A stretch of DNA of 64,000 nt from an uncultured delta proteobacterium. Its GTDB lineage: Bacteria; Desulfobacterota; RBG-13-43-22. A program made the translations under genes and the position numbers. The stretch is taken from positions 864,001 through 928,000 of the forward strand of contig CAWBOS010000010.1 of assembly GCA_963790475.1 (NCBI GenBank), in the 5' to 3' direction. The first letter of the stretch is position 1. Every line of letters begins with the position of its first letter. Shown here in pieces: positions 61,268 through 64,000 of the stretch. The notes under the pieces were generated by a model. That model was not told where the DNA came from. It saw only the letters and a program-made list of their open reading frames with translations, and ran no database searches.

Positions 61268-61717
61268 ATGGAAAACGAACCCCTCATCATCACCTGTCCA
61301 CGGTGCGGGACCAAGAATCGCATTCCGAAGAACCGCCTGGCCGAAAAGCCCATTTGCGGCAAATGCCGTACCCCCCTTCCTACTCAACCCCCTTTGGATC
61401 ACCCGGTCGAGGTCACTGATCAAACCTTCCAACGGGAAGTCCTGTCTTTTCCGGGATCGGTGGTCCTGGATTGCTGGGCCCCCTGGTGCGGTCCTTGCAA
61501 GATGGTGGCCCCCATCCTTGATCAGTTGGCCAAAGAATATGCCGGCCGAATCAAATTCGCCAAATTAAATACCGATGAAAATCAGCGGACCGCCGGACAA
61601 TTTTCCATCCAGAGCATCCCGACTCTACTTTTCTTTAAAGGGGGGAAACTGATCAACCGCCAGGTTGGCGCCTTGCCTAAAGGGGAAATTGAAAGACAGT
61701 TGCGGTCTTTTTTATAG
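61268..61717 (+). CDS. trxC: Thioredoxin 2 (zinc-finger thioredoxin)
   Basis: CPRC...CGKC zinc finger plus WCGPC. Confidence 0.92.
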   Translation: MENEPLIITCPRCGTKNRIPKNRLAEKPICGKCRTPLPTQPPLDHPVEVTDQTFQREVLSFPGSVVLDCWAPWCGPCKMVAPILDQLAKEYAGRIKFAKLNTDENQRTAGQFSIQSIPTLLFFKGGKLINRQVGALPKGEIERQLRSFL

Positions 61718-61747
61718 AGACCAGTGAAAAATCGCCTTTCGACTTGC

Positions 61748-61776
61748 TTGACCTGAGTTTTTATTTAGGCTATACT
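61748..61776 (+). promoter_or_regulatory. sigma70 promoter of mazEF
   Basis: TTGACC-N17-TATACT. Confidence 0.65.
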
Positions 61777-61801
61777 TCGGATATCCATAGGAGGTGAAAA
61801 T

Positions 61802-62050
61802 ATGGTCACGAAGATTCAGAAATGGGGAAACAGTCAAGGGTTACGTTTGGCCAGACAGGTGCTTGCGGAAGCCCACCTTTCTGTCGGAGACAACGTGGAT
61901 GTAGCCGCACGTGATGGTATAATTGTTATTGCCCCCGTAGTGTGCATCCGGGGAAAAAAGAACCTGAAAGACCTGGTATCGCGCATACCCGAGGGTTACA
62001 AATCCCGGGAAATGGATTGGGGTCCAAAGGTCGGAAATGAGGTTTGGTAA
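61802..62050 (+). CDS. mazE: AbrB/MazE antitoxin
   Basis: KIQKWGNSQGLRL, DWGPKVGNEVW. Confidence 0.92.
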   Translation: MVTKIQKWGNSQGLRLARQVLAEAHLSVGDNVDVAARDGIIVIAPVVCIRGKKNLKDLVSRIPEGYKSREMDWGPKVGNEVW

Positions 62051-62386
62051 TTGAGATCCTACGTTCCGAGAAAAGGGGACTACATTGCCGTTACCTTTGA
62101 TCCTCAGTCTGGTCATGAGCAAAAAGGCCGCCGACCCGCCCTGGTTGTAAGTAACACTCTTTTTAACGAAGGAACGGGATTGGCCATTGTCTGTCCCTTA
62201 ACCAACACCGATCGGAACTTTCCCTTTCATGTGGCCATTCTAAACAACCAGGATGTGAAAGGATTCGTCATGGTAGAACAAGTCAAGTCTATCGATTTTC
62301 ATGCCCGCAAGGTCAAGTTTATTGGAAAAGCTTCGGAAAGGTTGCTTAACGAAGTCCTCTCCATACTGGATGCGTGCCTTTATTAA
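62051..62386 (+). CDS. mazF: PemK/MazF toxin
   Basis: YVPRKGD, FDPQSGHEQKGRRPALVVS, EQVKSID. Confidence 0.93.
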   Translation: MRSYVPRKGDYIAVTFDPQSGHEQKGRRPALVVSNTLFNEGTGLAIVCPLTNTDRNFPFHVAILNNQDVKGFVMVEQVKSIDFHARKVKFIGKASERLLNEVLSILDACLY

Positions 62387-62515
62387 AGGGCCAGATGTTG
62401 ACATCATAGCACAAAACCTGGCCCCGTTGATGTCTTCCGCCCTTAACTGTCTTGAGAACATGGCTGACCTAACAATTCCGTTGAGGGAAAAGGGACTAAA
62501 CAATTATAAGTTCGA

Positions 62516-63616
62516 GTGAGTGACAGGATGACTGGCGAAATTGAAGGGATTAACCGCCCTCTAGTTGTGTTGTTTGGAGCGGGAGCCTCACACGGAGCAC
62601 GTGACGGTTCGAGACCGCCCCTTGGACAGGAACTCATTCATCATCTGCTTAATATTTACAACGGTATAAAGGCTGACCGTAAGGAAGCGTTTAAATGGTT
62701 CTTTGAATACTATGAGAAAGAAGCTAAGGGCCTCATTGAAAAACTCAAAGAATCGGCATCGCAGAAAAAAAACTACGAAACTTTTTTGTCCGAATATCGA
62801 AAGCAAGTTGGAAACAACAATTTCCGAGATGACGAAATAGTTAAAGTTCTCACGAAGCTCTTAGCGGCGAGCATGGTTTCGTTTTGGCTTTGGCCCCAAC
62901 TAGAGCCGGCCTTAACGGAGTTTCCATTTTTTGAACAAAGGGACCGTTACGATGATCTGATCCATTCCGTGAAGTTGGGTAAGTTGCAATTCCCTATGGA
63001 AAAAATTGTTTTTGTTACCCCCAACTATGATGTTCTTTTTGAGCAGTCGCTAATACGAGCGGGCTTGTTTCAAGAACCGAAAAGAGTGCTTTCATGGCCA
63101 AAAACAAGCGAAAGTGATGCGCTCCTGTTGAAGATTCATGGATCGGCAAATTGGGTTGGGAACATGGGGGATCATGGTTTCCTTGATTCAAACAAACCTA
63201 TACCTATTGGGATGACCCAAACGTCGAATTCAGATGAATATTCAAATAGTTTTTCCAACTGGAACCAGGGTTTTGATCATCTTGTCGATCTGGGAAATGA
63301 AATCATCATGGCCCATTACACAATCGACAAACCCGGTCACGTTAACTTGGGACTTATTGAGCACATTCGTAACAGAGCCATCCAGTACGTCCAAAGATGT
63401 GAACAGGCCATTCTCCTTGGAATCCATCTGGAAGAACGGCGGGATGCAGACCCCTGTCTTTTTGAGATCCTCACTGAACTTAGGAAATGCAGGAAACGCG
63501 GTGTTCCGGTAACTTATGTCGGGATTGATGGAGCGGAGGCCGAAAAGGCAAAAAGCGAATACAAGTTCAAAATATTAACAGAAGGTTTCTCTGGATTTCT
63601 TGAATCTTTAAGATAG
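62516..63616 (+). CDS. SIR2-like domain protein
   Basis: LFGAGAS, TPNYD, LKIHGS motifs in sirtuin-fold order; alternative ATG at 62528. Confidence 0.7.
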   Translation: MSDRMTGEIEGINRPLVVLFGAGASHGARDGSRPPLGQELIHHLLNIYNGIKADRKEAFKWFFEYYEKEAKGLIEKLKESASQKKNYETFLSEYRKQVGNNNFRDDEIVKVLTKLLAASMVSFWLWPQLEPALTEFPFFEQRDRYDDLIHSVKLGKLQFPMEKIVFVTPNYDVLFEQSLIRAGLFQEPKRVLSWPKTSESDALLLKIHGSANWVGNMGDHGFLDSNKPIPIGMTQTSNSDEYSNSFSNWNQGFDHLVDLGNEIIMAHYTIDKPGHVNLGLIEHIRNRAIQYVQRCEQAILLGIHLEERRDADPCLFEILTELRKCRKRGVPVTYVGIDGAEAEKAKSEYKFKILTEGFSGFLESLR

Positions 63617-63711
63617 AGAGCTTTAAGAATCTAAGCGACTAATGGGGGGAAAAAAGACTCAAATAACTCGTTAAAAAAATTTATCTTTAAAAAAGGAAAG
63701 AGACAAAATTA

Positions 63712-64000
63712 ATGAAAAGTTTCAAGTGGATTACTGCTCAACACAAGATCCTGTTTGTTATGGTTTGTATTGTAATTTTATCCGGCTGTGCGGGTCTTCA
63801 AACCCCGGGTAAGCCAACAGCCGTGCCGGAGTTCCGACCCGGAATCCCGGCAGGGTACTTGCCGGGCACCGCACTTCCCAACAGCCTGGCCTTGATTCCC
63901 CAACCTCCGGCAACAGGGTCCGCTGCTTTGGCAATGGATGAGGAAACGTACCGCAAAACCCGCGCCTTTCGCGGTACACCGCGCTGGGATCTGGCAACTC
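63712..64000 (+). CDS. Class A acid phosphatase (PAP2/PhoC-like) lipoprotein, 3'-partial
   Basis: Manual translation MKSFKW...ILSGC...GYLPGTALPNSLALIPQPPATGSAALAMDE...RGTPRWDLA; runs off the window. Confidence 0.75.
   Translation, partial: MKSFKWITAQHKILFVMVCIVILSGCAGLQTPGKPTAVPEFRPGIPAGYLPGTALPNSLALIPQPPATGSAALAMDEETYRKTRAFRGTPRWDLAT

Overview
64 kb of a bacterial chromosome; gene content and intergenic repeat style suggest an anaerobic deltaproteobacterium (Desulfobacterota-like), which is inference only. Scattered single-base indels in housekeeping genes (hisI, glgC, nrdJ, livH, TatD, MsrPQ-like) point to an imperfectly polished long-read assembly. Left part: xanthine-dehydrogenase-family Mo enzyme (M/S/L) + MoaD-like carrier, Fe-ADH, W-aldehyde:ferredoxin oxidoreductase and a small redox cluster. 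11-27 kb: patchwork accessory region with a triplicated module, integron-cassette (attC) remnants, a group IIC-attC intron scar, a DUF433/DUF5615 TA pair, a B-lectin and several gene fragments. 29.4-34.6 kb, the most notable locus: an IS200-type element (tnpA only) whose predicted right-end TnpA cleavage site is followed with no gap by a complete group II intron encoding a WADD reverse transcriptase. 193 bp further on is a second group II intron whose boundaries are confirmed by EBS/IBS pairing and by restoration of the host reading frame. All three elements lie antisense inside one dead ICMT-family methyltransferase gene. Right part: glgD/glgC-like pair, TolC-family protein, CoA-transferase-GNAT fusion, thiolase, liv ABC operon, MNT-HEPN remnant, hisI-hisG, engB, class II RNR, TatD, EamA, trxC, mazEF, a stand-alone SIR2-like gene and a partial acid phosphatase. 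No rRNA, tRNA or CRISPR array was recognised.
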